NCBI GenBank assembly: GCA_963831865.1
Contig: CAWHSP010000032.1
Coordinates: 1,395-65,394 of the forward strand
DNA from: Candidatus Bathyarchaeota archaeon
GTDB lineage: Archaea; Thermoproteota; Bathyarchaeia; Bathyarchaeales; Bathycorpusculaceae
DNA length: 64,000 nt
Direction of reading: 5' to 3'
The notes beneath the pieces were generated by a model. It had not been told where the DNA came from. It ran no database searches and saw only the letters and a program-made list of their open reading frames with translations. Positions 13,074 through 23,928 of this stretch are shown piece after piece. Each line of letters opens with the position of its first letter. Position 1 is the stretch's first letter. The position numbers and the translations under genes are program-made.

Positions 13074-14360
13074 GTGGAAACGCAAGAACCAAGAAAGTTG
13101 AAGTGTTCAATCGGTTTATGGAGTGCAGTTGCCATCAGCGTTGGCGCAATTATAGGCGGCGGCATATTCGTTGTCATCGGCATCTTGGCAGGTTACGCAG
13201 GCTCCGGACTTATCATTTCCATGATTATTGCAGGAATCATCGCTTTTATCACAGCAACAAGTTTTGCAAAACTAACAGCATGGCAACCCGTTGAAGGAAG
13301 CGTTTACGAGTATGGACGCCAACTGATCTCACCTTTCTCAGGTTTCTTGGCAGGCTGGATGTGGCTGGTGGCTAACACCTTCACAGGAGCCGCAGTTGCT
13401 CTAGGATTCGCCTACTATTTATCAGCAGCATTTCCAAGTTTGCCAACCAATTTAGTTGCTGCCGGTTTGTGCCTTGCTTTTACTGGTTTGAATTTAATTG
13501 GTGCTAAAGAATCAACAAGAGTCAACAATATTTTAGTCGCCATTAAGCTGACAGTTTTGGCGTTCTTTGTAGCTTTTGGCGCATTACATTTTAACGGGAG
13601 CAACTTCTTGCCATTTAATCCATTAACTAGCGGCGTGCTTTACGGATCATTTTTCATCTTCTTTGCTTACGGTGGCTTTGCACGGGTTGCGGTTGTTGCG
13701 GAGGAGGTCAAGGATGCTAAGAGAAATGTGCCCAAAGCTCTAGTTTTGTCTCTTGCTATTGCGATGGTGGTTTACGTTTTAGTTGGGGTAGTAGCCATTG
13801 GATTGTTGAAGCCCGCTGGGTTGGCGGCTTCTGGTTCACCTTTGGATTCAGCTATGAGAGTGTCGGGTAATTCACTTGCAGTTCAAATTATTTCGGTTGG
13901 CGGTTTAGTTGCTACAGCAAGTGTTTTGTTAACAGCTATTTTGGGAGTTTCAAGAATGGCTTATTCGATGGCTCGAGGAAATGATTTGCCCTCTTTCTTG
14001 GCCCGGGTGCATCACAGGTTTTTCACACCGTATTATGCTATTTTGTTGGCAGGTATTTTGATGGCGGGTTTGGTCTTTTTGGATTTAACAAGTGTTGTAG
14101 CAGTTAGCACATTTGCTCTTCTGTTTTCTTATTGCGTATGTAATATCGCTGCATTCAAACTCAAAGGCGCTGGCAAACTCAATAAGATTTTGCCTTTGCT
14201 GGGACTGGCGACTTGCATAATGCTCTTAGCATTTATTCTTTTCGCGTCAACACAAGCATCGATAATTGGCGTTGTCTTCCTTCTTGCAGGATCAGTTTAC
14301 TATGTTATACACAAAAAGTTGAACCAATCAAACCAAAAAAGTCCTTTTACGTTGCGATAA
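13074..14360 (+). CDS. APC-family amino acid permease
   Basis: GAIIGGGIF, FFAYGGF..VAEEVKD, about 12 TM helices. Confidence 0.88.
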   Translation: METQEPRKLKCSIGLWSAVAISVGAIIGGGIFVVIGILAGYAGSGLIISMIIAGIIAFITATSFAKLTAWQPVEGSVYEYGRQLISPFSGFLAGWMWLVANTFTGAAVALGFAYYLSAAFPSLPTNLVAAGLCLAFTGLNLIGAKESTRVNNILVAIKLTVLAFFVAFGALHFNGSNFLPFNPLTSGVLYGSFFIFFAYGGFARVAVVAEEVKDAKRNVPKALVLSLAIAMVVYVLVGVVAIGLLKPAGLAASGSPLDSAMRVSGNSLAVQIISVGGLVATASVLLTAILGVSRMAYSMARGNDLPSFLARVHHRFFTPYYAILLAGILMAGLVFLDLTSVVAVSTFALLFSYCVCNIAAFKLKGAGKLNKILPLLGLATCIMLLAFILFASTQASIIGVVFLLAGSVYYVIHKKLNQSNQKSPFTLR

Positions 14361-14405
14361 GAATTTTAAGCTTTAGTAAAGCTTACTGATAGGATAAATA
14401 CAGAG

Positions 14406-15124
14406 ATGACGATCAAAGCTGTCTTATTTGATATGTTCGATACTCTTGTGATGATTAGGAAAAACCATGATCTTTACAGTCCCGCGTTAATGAAAATGTA
14501 CAATTTCCTAAATAAAAACGGCGTAGACGTCTCCTTTGACACATTTCAAGAAGCATATGTAAAGAGTCGCGACGAGCTCTACGTAAAGCGAACGCTAACC
14601 TTGAAGAACCTCACTTTAATATTCGGGTTTCTGAAACGCTCAAAAGCTTAGGCTACAACTACGGCATTTCCAGCTCATTAGTAACAGAGGCGTCTGAAGA
14701 GTTTTGTAACGAATTTATGACATTTGCTTATTTAGACAAAGATGCGGAAGCTTTGTTACGGGAATTACATGGAAAATATAAACTTGGAATAATCTCAAAT
14801 TTTGCAATTCCTGAATGCGTGGATAAACTGCTTAAAGCTCACGGGTTAGTCTCATTGCTTGATGCGGTTGTCGTGTCTGGAGCCGTTAACAAACGTAAGC
14901 CTAGTCCAGAAATCTTCAAGAGAACACTTCAGGCGCTTGGTGTCGACGCTTCTGAAACGGTTTTTGTTGGGGATACTTTGGATGCTGATGTTGAAGGAGC
15001 CAAAGCGGTTGGAATGAAATCAGTTTATGTTCAGAGGCGTGTTGAGAAAGATGTTGAGAATGTTCACCCAGACATAGTTATTAAGAATTTAAGTGAGCTT
15101 CCGTTGGTGCTTCAGGATTTATAA
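14406..15124 (+). CDS. HAD-superfamily hydrolase; frameshift near 14590
   Basis: FDMFDTL, ISN, KPSPEIF, VGDTLDADV. Confidence 0.88.
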
Positions 15125-15249
15125 TCAAAAATACTTGACCGAAACAAAAAATTAAGAAACCAATTTCCCGGTTTTCTTAAAAGCTTGATTTCCTTACATA
15201 AATCTATTAATTCATGAATCTTAAACTCAACGGTTTTTTTTGGAGCCTG

Positions 15250-15400
15250 TTAGGGCTTACTTTGGATTGCGGAGTTTTCTGGCAAGCGAACCAGCTCAGT
15301 GTGTTTTTGAAGGAAATCCATGCCTCTTTCTTTGACCTTGAAAAGTTTTTTGCCGGCACCGTGGGTTTGGATTATTAAATTGTTATTTAAGAAATAAAAA
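15250..15400 (-). pseudogene. C-terminal fragment of a small winged-helix protein (HTH_45-like)
   Basis: Manual translation FLNNNLIIQTHGAGKKLFKVKERGMDFLQKH resembles the wing and C-terminal helix. Confidence 0.4.
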
Positions 15401-15427
15401 TCACATGTTTAGTAAATACTTGGGATC

Positions 15428-15469
15428 GGGCGGGGAGGATTTGATCCTACGCCCTGCAAGAGATTTCAC
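15428..15469 (-). repeat. tRNA-3'-end-derived att-like scar A
   Basis: Reverse complement GGATCAAATCCTCCCCGCCC; shares tacgccctgc..gagatttcac with copy B. Confidence 0.6.
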
Positions 15470-15921
15470 CCACATTTCCTTTTTTCTATTTTAGCCTAAA
15501 AAACTAGTTACAATGAGAACACAAATATGGCAAATGTTATTCTCTCTCATCATTTGTCTAATCCTTTTATGGCACAACGTGCGCGATTATTTTTATTTAA
15601 CAGCCTGCATTAGAGCATGTTGCCTGTGAAGATAAACACGTCAGTCGGAGAAAGGATTGGTAGTCCTATCGATGATGTCAGTTATACGAATTCTGAGGCA
15701 CACGAAAACAATAAACAAAGCACGCATTGACTTGATCAGCAAGTCACAGAAAATCGAAAGCCGAATTAATCAGATTCACTATGAGAAATTCGGTTAAGAA
15801 TATTCTATAAATCGGTCTGCTGTAGATGGCCCAATCCTCGAATTCTCTAAATGAATGTCTCAGAAGTGCATTCCCTGATGTGCTGTCTAAGTTAGAGTTG
15901 AAACTCTATGTGCGCAGACAT

Positions 15922-15967
15922 TGGAGCTGGGGAGGGATTTGATCCTACGCCCTGCTGGAGATTTCAC
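15922..15967 (-). repeat. tRNA-3'-end-derived att-like scar B
   Basis: Reverse complement GGATCAAATCCCTCCCCAGCTCCA ending in CCA, plus the shared arm. Confidence 0.65.
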
Positions 15968-16045
15968 TCGCAAAAACTCTTATTTTCTTTGTAATTTATG
16001 GCCGAGGTGAGAAAAAAATGAGTACCGTAAAAAAAAGGCGCCCAG

Positions 16046-17000
16046 TTATAGACCGAGCGACTGGTTGATTTCCTTGACGGTCTCAGCAGACTTTCGGAAT
16101 GCTTCTTCTTCTTTTTCATTAAGCGGCAGATCGATTATTTTCTTCACGCCATCTTTGTTGACCACAGCAGGTACGCTTAGGCACACATCCTCCTATTCCG
16201 TGATAGTTCTCAAGGTAACAAGAAACGGTTAAAATAGAATTCTCGTTGCGGACTATGCTTTCAACTATCTTTGTCAAGCTCAAACCGATGCTGTAGTTTG
16301 TTCTGCCTTTACGTCTTATGATTTCTTTCCCGGCATCGCGCACTTTCACGAAAAGTTCATCGAAAACACTTTTTTTGTACGGCACACTGCAAAGAGGGCA
16401 GTACTCTTTCAGCCGGATTCCAGCAACGTTCGCAAGGCTCCAAACTGGCACTTCGCTGTCTCCGTGTTCACCAATTATGTAAGAATGGACGTTTCTTGAA
16501 TCAACCCCCAAGTATTCTCCAAGCAAATACCGAAGTCTAGCGGTATCCAAGACTGTTCCGCTCCCAATCACCTTTGTTTTCGAGAAATCCGAAAGCTTCA
16601 AGGCGGCATATGTCATGACATCGAGCGGGTTTGTAACCATCAACAAGATACATTTTTTATTGTACTCAGTGATTTTCGAGATTACCTCCCTCATGAGGGT
16701 GAAGTTTTCTTTTGCCAATTCTAGACGAGACTGCCCGCTTTTTCTAGCACCTCCAGCGGTGACAACAACTATGTCTGAATCCTCACAGTCCTGGTAGTCA
16801 CCTGCTCGAACATCCACAGGCTCCAAGAAAGGTAACCCATGGCTCAAATCCATAGCCTCTCCTTCTGCCCTTTCTCTATCTGTATCAATCAAAACAATCT
16901 CAGAAACTAAACTGCGTATCAACAGTGAATAGGCAAATGTTGTACCCACAAAGCCAGCACCAACAATCGCAACTTTCGTTCCGCTCTTTTTCTTAATCAA
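16046..17000 (-). CDS. ldh: L-lactate/malate dehydrogenase family enzyme with an LDH-like backbone and Arg at position 102; frameshift near 16190
   Basis: GAGFVG, DLSHG, TAGGARKSGQSRLEL, TNPLD, GTVLDTAR, GEHGDSE, KGRTNYSI; the C-terminus continues in another frame to the stop at 16046. Confidence 0.85.
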
Positions 17001-17110
17001 TCAAACGCCTCCAAAAAACATAAAGAAAAAGAATAAACGGGGAGAATTAAATATATCCAAACCATAGAAGAGATCGCTGAAGACAAACACCCCTACAGTT
17101 TTGCTTATAT

Positions 17111-17155
17111 TGGTGCAGGGTGGGATTCGAACCCTAAGGCTGGGGAGGTTTCAAC
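17111..17155 (-). repeat. tRNA-3'-end-derived att-like scar C (tRNA-Leu-like)
   Basis: Reverse complement GGGTTCGAATCCCACCCTGCACCA, then a degenerate arm gctggggaggtttcaac. Confidence 0.65.
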
Positions 17156-17270
17156 CGTAAATTCTCTTTTTTTCCTTTAAAAACGAGGTTATTGAATTAC
17201 GCGCCTGATAGTCTTGCAATGATTAGAGCCAACTTCTTAAATACGCCTTAATTAATCATTTTTTAGGGGA

Positions 17271-17471
17271 GTGCTAATTTTGGTTACAGAAAAGAAGGTT
17301 GGAGATAGAACAGTTTTTCTCTGTGATATTTGTGGTCTTGGATACTCAGAAAGGAGCATAGCTCAAGACTGTGAAGACTACTGCAAAGCTCACCCTGGTT
17401 CTTGTAGCGTAGAGATATCCCAGAAAGCTGTTTATTTTCCAGAGAACCCGTTATTGCCAAAGAAAAAATAG
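17271..17471 (+). CDS. Small Cys-rich zinc-binding protein
   Basis: CDICGLGY...AQDCEDYC...SCS. Confidence 0.7.
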   Translation: MLILVTEKKVGDRTVFLCDICGLGYSERSIAQDCEDYCKAHPGSCSVEISQKAVYFPENPLLPKKK

Positions 17472-17499
17472 CTATTTTGGAACGGTGCACAGATTCAGC

Positions 17500-17760
17500 T
17501 TTAACTTGTGCCGTGACTGTAGCAACCGTTTTTCATAACCCGAACGCAATATCTTCTCTTCTTTATCGCCCTGAAGCACGTACTTGTACTCAGTGAATTG
17601 TTGTTTAGCTAAACGCTAGATAATCGCTTAGTTGGGCAAAGCTAGGTTTGCTTTGTACATGATTTGGATCTTTAAAGCGCTTTCCTTAGCTATCTCTAGT
17701 ATGTCTGACATGATGTCAAGATGGCTTCTTCTCGACTTAGCGTTTGACGTTGTCTTTCAC
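17500..17760 (-). pseudogene. Winged-helix regulator (HTH_45-like), frameshifted
   Basis: Manual translation RRSHLDIMSDILEIAKESALKIQIMYKANL..FAQLSDYL. Confidence 0.65.
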
Positions 17761-17920
17761 TTAGTACTCATTAGTGCAGTTTGCTTTTAGATTTTTAATC
17801 TCTGACGTTGGTTGGTTGTTTAGAGTTAACATTATAGTTTCGTGATTTTTTCAAAAAGCTGTGTCCTAAAGAGAGAAAACTTTTAGTGAGCCAGCGTGAA
17901 AAACACCAAGGTGAAAAAAG

Positions 17921-18418
17921 ATGTTGATAGGCTTGATATCTGATACGCATGACAATTTGCCCCAAATAGAAAAAGCCGTAAAATATCTAAACGACCAAAA
18001 AGTAGGCTTGGTGCTTCACGCGGGCGATTACGTTGCAGGTTTTGTTATCCCAAAATTCAAAGTGCTTAATTGCAAACTAATCGGTGTGTTTGGAAACAAC
18101 GACGGAGACCACGAACTCCTAAAAAAACGCTTCAACGAAACCACCAACTGCACAATCCACGACCAGTTCGCATCTATTGAAGTGGAAAGCTACAAAATCG
18201 CGCTGCTGCATGGAACAGAAACCGAACTGCTCAACTCCATAATAGACAGCGGATACTTTGACGCCGTCATCCACGGACACTCACACAACAAAAGCATCGA
18301 GCGCAAAGACAAAACCTTAGCAATTAACCCGGGAGAACTCTGTGGGTACCTGACGGGAAAATCCACAATTGCAGTGCTAGACACCGCTAAACATGAAGCA
18401 AAAATAATTGAATTATAA
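17921..18418 (+). CDS. YfcE/MJ0936-family metallophosphoesterase
   Basis: SDTHD, HAGD, GNND, HG, GHSH, NPG. Confidence 0.9.
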   Translation: MLIGLISDTHDNLPQIEKAVKYLNDQKVGLVLHAGDYVAGFVIPKFKVLNCKLIGVFGNNDGDHELLKKRFNETTNCTIHDQFASIEVESYKIALLHGTETELLNSIIDSGYFDAVIHGHSHNKSIERKDKTLAINPGELCGYLTGKSTIAVLDTAKHEAKIIEL

Positions 18419-18536
18419 GTCGCAGAACTATTGTTTAAGACCAAGGACCCATTTAGGCCGTTTAAAGGGTGAAAAATGGTCTTGAATTGAACTATTTATT
18501 AGACAGACTTAATTGGTTTGAAATTGATGCAGTGAT

Positions 18537-19885
18537 ATGCTACGTTTGTGGTTTGACAGGGGCACCCTACTTTTGAAGGGCGAAGTGGGAACTCCTTATG
18601 GTAAATGGGACCCAAGAGTTGGCTGCTATAGAATTAAAGCTTACCATTACAGAGATGTTTTGGAGTACTTGGCCGAGAGCAGAATTAAGGTTGAAGATGA
18701 TACTCTTGATTTGCCTCCCCTCGAACAAATTAAGAGCAATGTTGCACTCAGGGATTACCAGAACGAAGCTTTGGACAATTGGTACAGAGCCCGCAACAGA
18801 GGGGTTCTGATATTGCCCACTGCAGCTGGAAAGACTTTCATCGCATTAAAAGCAATTGAACGATTGAAAATACAGACGTTGATTGTTGTTCCAACTTTAG
18901 ATCTGATTGATCAATGGAGAAAACGCATTAAAGACGACCTTAACTTGGAAACCGGCGCTATTGGCGGGGGCGAAAACACTGTTCGGATGGTTACGGTTAC
19001 AACTTATGATTCAGCTTACATACATGCGGAACAGCTTGGCAACAAATTTATGTTATTAGTGTTCGACGAGGTGCATCATTTAGCCTCTATAGGCTACATG
19101 CAGATAGCCGAGATGTATATCGCCCCATACCGCATGGGCTTAACTGCAACTTATGAAAGAAGCGATCAGAGGCATTCTCTTCTTCCCCAACTTGTCGGCG
19201 ACCCAGTCTATTCAGTCGGCATCGAAGAACTTTCAGGGGAGCACCTTTCACCATACACATACGAAAAAATATTAGTTGAACTAACACCTAAAGAGCAGCA
19301 AATCTACGAGTCCCAGATGGGGATTTTTAGAAGCTTTCTCAGACAACGGAAAATCACTTTGAGAGGTGCTGCAGACTTTCGAAAGTTCATAATGACCACT
19401 GGAAGAGACCCCAAAGCACGCGAAGCATTACTCGCAAGAAACCGAGCGGTTAAGGTTGCTGTTAACTCAGAAGCTAAGCTAAACCTGCTATCTCAGAAGC
19501 TAGAGGCTTACAAAAATGAGAAAACCCTGATTTTCACTCTCTTTAACGACTTGGTTTATACGATTAGTTTGCGCTTTCTAGTCCCCAGCGATTACATGTC
19601 AGACTCCTAGAAGAACGCCGAGAAATATTATCAAACTTCGGAAACGGGAAATACCCTGTTGTTGTGACTTCTCAGGTTTTGGATGAGGGTTTAGATGTGC
19701 CCGACGCATCAGTAGGCTTAGTTCTGGGAGGAACGGGAAGCAACAGAGAATATGTCCAAAGACTCGGACGACTGCTCAGGAAGAAAGAAGGCAAAATAGC
19801 CCGGCTAATCGAGATAATCTCTAAAGAAACCATGGAAGTCGGAACAAGTCGTAGACGTCACCAAAAAACTGGAGACGCAGCATAA
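18537..19885 (+). CDS. xpb: XPB/Rad25 SF2 helicase; frameshifts near 19580-19620
   Basis: LRDYQ, PTAAGKT, DEVHH, GLTAT, LDEGLDVP, QRLGRLLR. Confidence 0.88.
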
Positions 19886-21442
19886 TGTTTCCAAGCGACT
19901 TGCTTTCAGTTTGGAAGAGGAAAGGCGAGATTCTTCCCCGCTACGCTAAACCTTCCAGCAGTAACGATGATGCCGCAAACCTTCTTGTCGAAGCTTACAA
20001 GGTACATGTTGGAGAAAAAAAGAAAGTTCTAAAAGCCTTAGTCGCTGAGCTTGAAGACAAAGGCTACGAATATCGCTTTGTCAGAGCTTTGTCTTTACTC
20101 CTTGATCGGAAAAGCACATTTGTCTGCCAAAGCAAAATTAACCCAGTTGATTTGCGTAGAAAAATATTTCAAGTCACAGAAAATTTTGGGGTACCTTTCA
20201 CTTCTGAAAAAAGACGAAAAATACTAGCGACCGTAGCTTCCGAGATGGCTCTATCAATAGGGGATGTTGAAGAGAATTTTTACTCTGATTTAGATAGCGA
20301 ATTAGTTCTTGAAAAGTTTACCCCACCTTCAGCCTCTGAGTTACTGGGTGAGTATAATTTAGGTTTGACGCAGACATTACTTTTTGATGCCACAGAGCTA
20401 AGTTTCACAGCTTCAGGCAACTGGCAAGACCTTTTTCATGCGATAAAGAAATTTGGGTTAATCTATGAAGTCTACAGAGATAATGATCTGTGGGTTAAAA
20501 TAGACGGCCCAGGCAGCCTGTTTAAGCTAACTCGAAGATACGGAGTGGGAATAGCCAAGCTGTTGCCAATAATCGTCGCGAACCCCGAATGGACGGTTAA
20601 GGCAAAGGTTCTTTGGAAGTTTACAAACGAAATCTTCGACTTCAAAATTGAAAGCCAAAAATACGCCTCACTGTTGAAGAAAACACGGTTGCCGACTTTG
20701 ACTTATGATAGCTCTATCGAATCGGATTTCGCGACCCAATTTCAAGCATTGACTTCTGGCTGGATATTAAAAAGAGAACCTGAACCTGTAACTGCTGGAA
20801 AAAATGTAATTATTCCCGATTTCTCCCTTGAAAAAGCCGGCCTCAAAATCTATTTAGAAATCGTGGGATTCTGGACAGAAGAGTACTTAATGAGGAAAAT
20901 AGAGAAACTAAAGTTAGTGAAGGCAAAGATGCTTCTCCTGGTCAACGAAGCTTTGGCATGCGAAAAACTCTCCGCTTTGGAAAAACGTCCACAGCTTGAC
21001 TTAATTTATTACCGCAACAAAATTCCTCTTGCCCCGATTCTGAGGTATTTGGGAACCAAGTTTGAAGAAGTCAAGTCTAAGGAGATTAATCTTCTATGAG
21101 GGTTTGCAGATTAGATTTACTGAACCAGTAGTTTCTTTTAGGGACTTCGCGTGTAGAATTGGCGTTTCAACAGAAGCAGCAAGAGCTTTCTTAGTGGGCA
21201 ATCCACCTTCCGGCTACGTTGCGATTGCTGATATTTTGATCAGCAATAAAATACTCTTACAAATCGACGCAAAAATTAAAGAAGCCATCAGCCAATCGGG
21301 AAAAATGCCCCTAAATGAAGCATCAAAAATCGTCGAAGAAGAAGGTGCAGATGACCCATCTAACGTTTTAGCATCGCTCGGCTACAAGATTATATGGCGA
21401 GGAATCAACAGTGACCAAGCTGAAGTTTCTAAAAAAAACTGA
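19885..21442 (+). CDS. bax1: Bax1/DUF790 nuclease, partner of XPB; frameshift near 21095
   Basis: YNLGLTQTLL, DGPGSLF..TRRYG, REPEP..IPDF..EIVGFWT; directly follows xpb. Confidence 0.88.
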
Positions 21443-21734
21443 CAATCATCGCGATTAAAAAAGCAATTTGCAAATTTCGATGGGGAATTCAATCAAATGA
21501 ATATCTTAATTATATGTTAGTCTCGATAAATTTTCTAATTAGCACGCTTCCTTAACAGAAAAAAGGATCGGCAACAAGAATCATTAGACCTTAGGCGTAA
21601 TTAGGTGTTGCAAGGTTCATAAACGATTTACCTTTTCTAATGCAATGTCTTCTTGAGATTTAAAACAAGAAGTGAACAATTGGGATACAAGAATTTAGCA
21701 AATCTAACAGCCAAATAATAACGCCTAAGGTCTA

Positions 21735-22664
21735 TTAACTTTTATTGTATGGTTCTCTTAGCAAGTTAGCTTTTGCGAATAGCTGTTTTAACTGTTCGTC
21801 GCTTGCACCATTACGTATTGGGGTTAGAATGTCAATTAGATTGTCGTTTCTCATGAGGCAGGGTTTTAGTTTGCCGTCGCTTGTGACGCGCAAACGTGTA
21901 CAGTGCATGCAGAAGTCGCTATTCTCAATTGGGTGTACTACTTCGACAGTTGCCTTTGGCAGGTGGTAGATTAGGCGGTTGTGCATTAAGGGTCTTTTCT
22001 CAATTGTTACCGCTTTCTTACGTAACATTTCTTCTTGCTCATCTAAGTTTTTGTAATATGTTGAATAGTAGGTGTCGGTTACATTTATTGGGTCAAGCTC
22101 TATAAGTTGCAGTATAGTGCCCGTTTGACTAGTGTACTCTATCATTTCTGGCACATCGCCTACGTTCATCCCTCTTAGGAGAACCATATTCAGCTTAACC
22201 GGGCAGAATCCGACTTCAATTGCCGCTTTGACTCCGGCTAACGCTTTTTGCAGGTTTCCTCCTGTTAATTTTCTGTAAGTCTCTTCGTTCAAAGAGGGCA
22301 AACTAATGTTTACGCGTCTTAATCCTTTTTCGCGTAACACCTTAGCCACGCCATCCAACAAAAGACCGTTGGTGGTTAAAGACAGATCCCTCAAGTCTGG
22401 CACCTTAGCTATGCCTCCGACAATTTCTGGAAGGTCTTTGCGCATGAGCGGTTCTCCGCCAGTTAACTTTATCCTCGAAATGCCAAGGCTAATGGCGATT
22501 TTTGCTATGCGCACGATTTCGTCAACAGACATTAATTCAGCCGAAGCGTTTGCCCTTTGCACTTCGCCTTCCCTGTGACAGTACAAACAGCGATTGTTGC
22601 ATCGTTGAGTAATCGAAATCCTCAAGTTAAGAAGAGGTCTGCCGCAGTTGTCTGTTAAATTCAT
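21735..22664 (-). CDS. moaA: GTP 3',8-cyclase
   Basis: CNNRCLYC, TGGEPL, FCMHCTRLR..LKPCL. Confidence 0.95.
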   Translation of the reverse strand: MNLTDNCGRPLLNLRISITQRCNNRCLYCHREGEVQRANASAELMSVDEIVRIAKIAISLGISRIKLTGGEPLMRKDLPEIVGGIAKVPDLRDLSLTTNGLLLDGVAKVLREKGLRRVNISLPSLNEETYRKLTGGNLQKALAGVKAAIEVGFCPVKLNMVLLRGMNVGDVPEMIEYTSQTGTILQLIELDPINVTDTYYSTYYKNLDEQEEMLRKKAVTIEKRPLMHNRLIYHLPKATVEVVHPIENSDFCMHCTRLRVTSDGKLKPCLMRNDNLIDILTPIRNGASDEQLKQLFAKANLLREPYNKS

Positions 22665-22667
22665 ACG

Positions 22668-23201
22668 TTATTCCCGTGCGTGCTTAACGATGTGAGACGC
22701 CTCGGGCAAAATAAGCATTTCTACCGCGACACGCACAGCGTCAGGGGAGCCAGGTATACAAAACAAAGCCTTGCCTTTTGCCACTCCAGCTACTGCACGG
22801 GACAAAACCGCGGCTGAACCAACTCGATCAAAGCTTATGCGTCTAAAAAATTCGCCGAATCCCGGCAGGGTCTTCTCAAAAAACGGCGAAACCGTCTCGA
22901 TCGTGACATCGGTTGGTGTAATGCCTGTACCTCCAGAAAACATAATTACATCCAAATCAGGCATTTCCAACGCTTGCTGTACTGCATCGGCAATTAATGC
23001 TTTGTCGTCGGCAACTATTTTTTTGAAGAGTACGTTTTGCCCAGCGTTTTTGAGCAATTCAACCATAGTGTCGCCGCCCACGTCACTAATTTCTTTCTCG
23101 CCTGATTGTATCAGCTTGTAGCGAGAAGTGCTGCAGATGTAAACGCCAAAATTCAAAATCTTAGGCGACTTTGCCTTATGCATCTTCGAGCTTTCACTCA
23201 A
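22668..23201 (-). CDS. moaB: Molybdopterin adenylyltransferase (MoaB/MogA family)
   Basis: GGTGITPTDVTIE, LPGFGE, SRAVAG, PGSP. Confidence 0.92.
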   Translation of the reverse strand: MSESSKMHKAKSPKILNFGVYICSTSRYKLIQSGEKEISDVGGDTMVELLKNAGQNVLFKKIVADDKALIADAVQQALEMPDLDVIMFSGGTGITPTDVTIETVSPFFEKTLPGFGEFFRRISFDRVGSAAVLSRAVAGVAKGKALFCIPGSPDAVRVAVEMLILPEASHIVKHARE

Positions 23202-23205
23202 TCAT

Positions 23206-23643
23206 CTACACCTGTTTGAACTTGCGCACAACATGAATATTCTCAATCGCAGTGGACGGATACTGCCCAGCAGCATCTTTTTCGTACTGCTTAGTCATGT
23301 CCCAAACCGTCAACAACCCCATCGAAACCGCCGCGAGCGCTTCCATTTCCACACCTGTTTGCGCTCTAGCTTTAACTGTTGCAGAAACTTCAACAGTGAA
23401 TTCGTTGGGGATTTCAACGTCAATTTGCACATTTGTCAAAGGCAACGGGTGGCAGAGCGGAATTAAGGTGCTTGTCTTTTTAGCCGCAAGTATAGCCGCA
23501 ATCTTAGCCGTACAGATGGGGTCGCCTTTTGCGATTTTTCCAGTTTTGATTAACTTGATTGTTTCCGGTTTGAGCTTTATGCTTCCTGATGCGGTTGCTT
23601 CTCGGAAAATTTCCGCCTTATCTGAAACATCAACCATCGCCAT
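23206..23643 (-). CDS. moaC: Cyclic pyranopterin monophosphate synthase
   Basis: MVDVSDK, LIPLCHP, TGVEMEAL, WDMTK. Confidence 0.95.
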   Translation of the reverse strand: MAMVDVSDKAEIFREATASGSIKLKPETIKLIKTGKIAKGDPICTAKIAAILAAKKTSTLIPLCHPLPLTNVQIDVEIPNEFTVEVSATVKARAQTGVEMEALAAVSMGLLTVWDMTKQYEKDAAGQYPSTAIENIHVVRKFKQV

Positions 23644-23655
23644 AATTCATTCGCC

Positions 23656-23922
23656 TCATTTACTTTGTTCCCACGCGTCTATTAGGTTTTGTACAGCTTT
23701 CGCCTTAGCTGTGCGCTCGTTAAACCTGTACATATGCACTCTACCGTAAAACCGCTCTTGCAAAATCCCCTCAGATTCCAAAAGTTTTAGGTGCTCAGCA
23801 GTTACAGTAAAGTTTGCGTGAATTTGTCTAGAAATATCTGAAATGTTTGGTGAGCCCAACTTGTAAATTAGCTTCAAAATTTTCATGCGGGTTTTAGATG
23901 AAAAAACCTCTTCAAGTTCCAT
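23656..23922 (-). CDS. Small ArsR-like winged-helix protein
   Basis: FSSKTRMKIL...HLKLLESEGIL. Confidence 0.8.
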   Translation of the reverse strand: MELEEVFSSKTRMKILKLIYKLGSPNISDISRQIHANFTVTAEHLKLLESEGILQERFYGRVHMYRFNERTAKAKAVQNLIDAWEQSK

Positions 23923-23928
23923 AGAGCT

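Noticed and set aside
15428-17155. Intact tRNA genes or a CRISPR array
   Set aside because: Only about 20-25 nt of 3' end is present, with no D-arm or anticodon arm. Spacings of about 0.5 and 1.2 kb do not fit CRISPR, and there are no cas genes
15250-17760. A single wHTH gene split by insertion of the ldh patch
   Set aside because: Both fragments contain the LNNN segment, so two separate decayed paralogs are more likely
21443-21734. Replication origin near cdc6
   Set aside because: AT-rich, but no ORB or mini-ORB repeats were seen here or at 25114-25216
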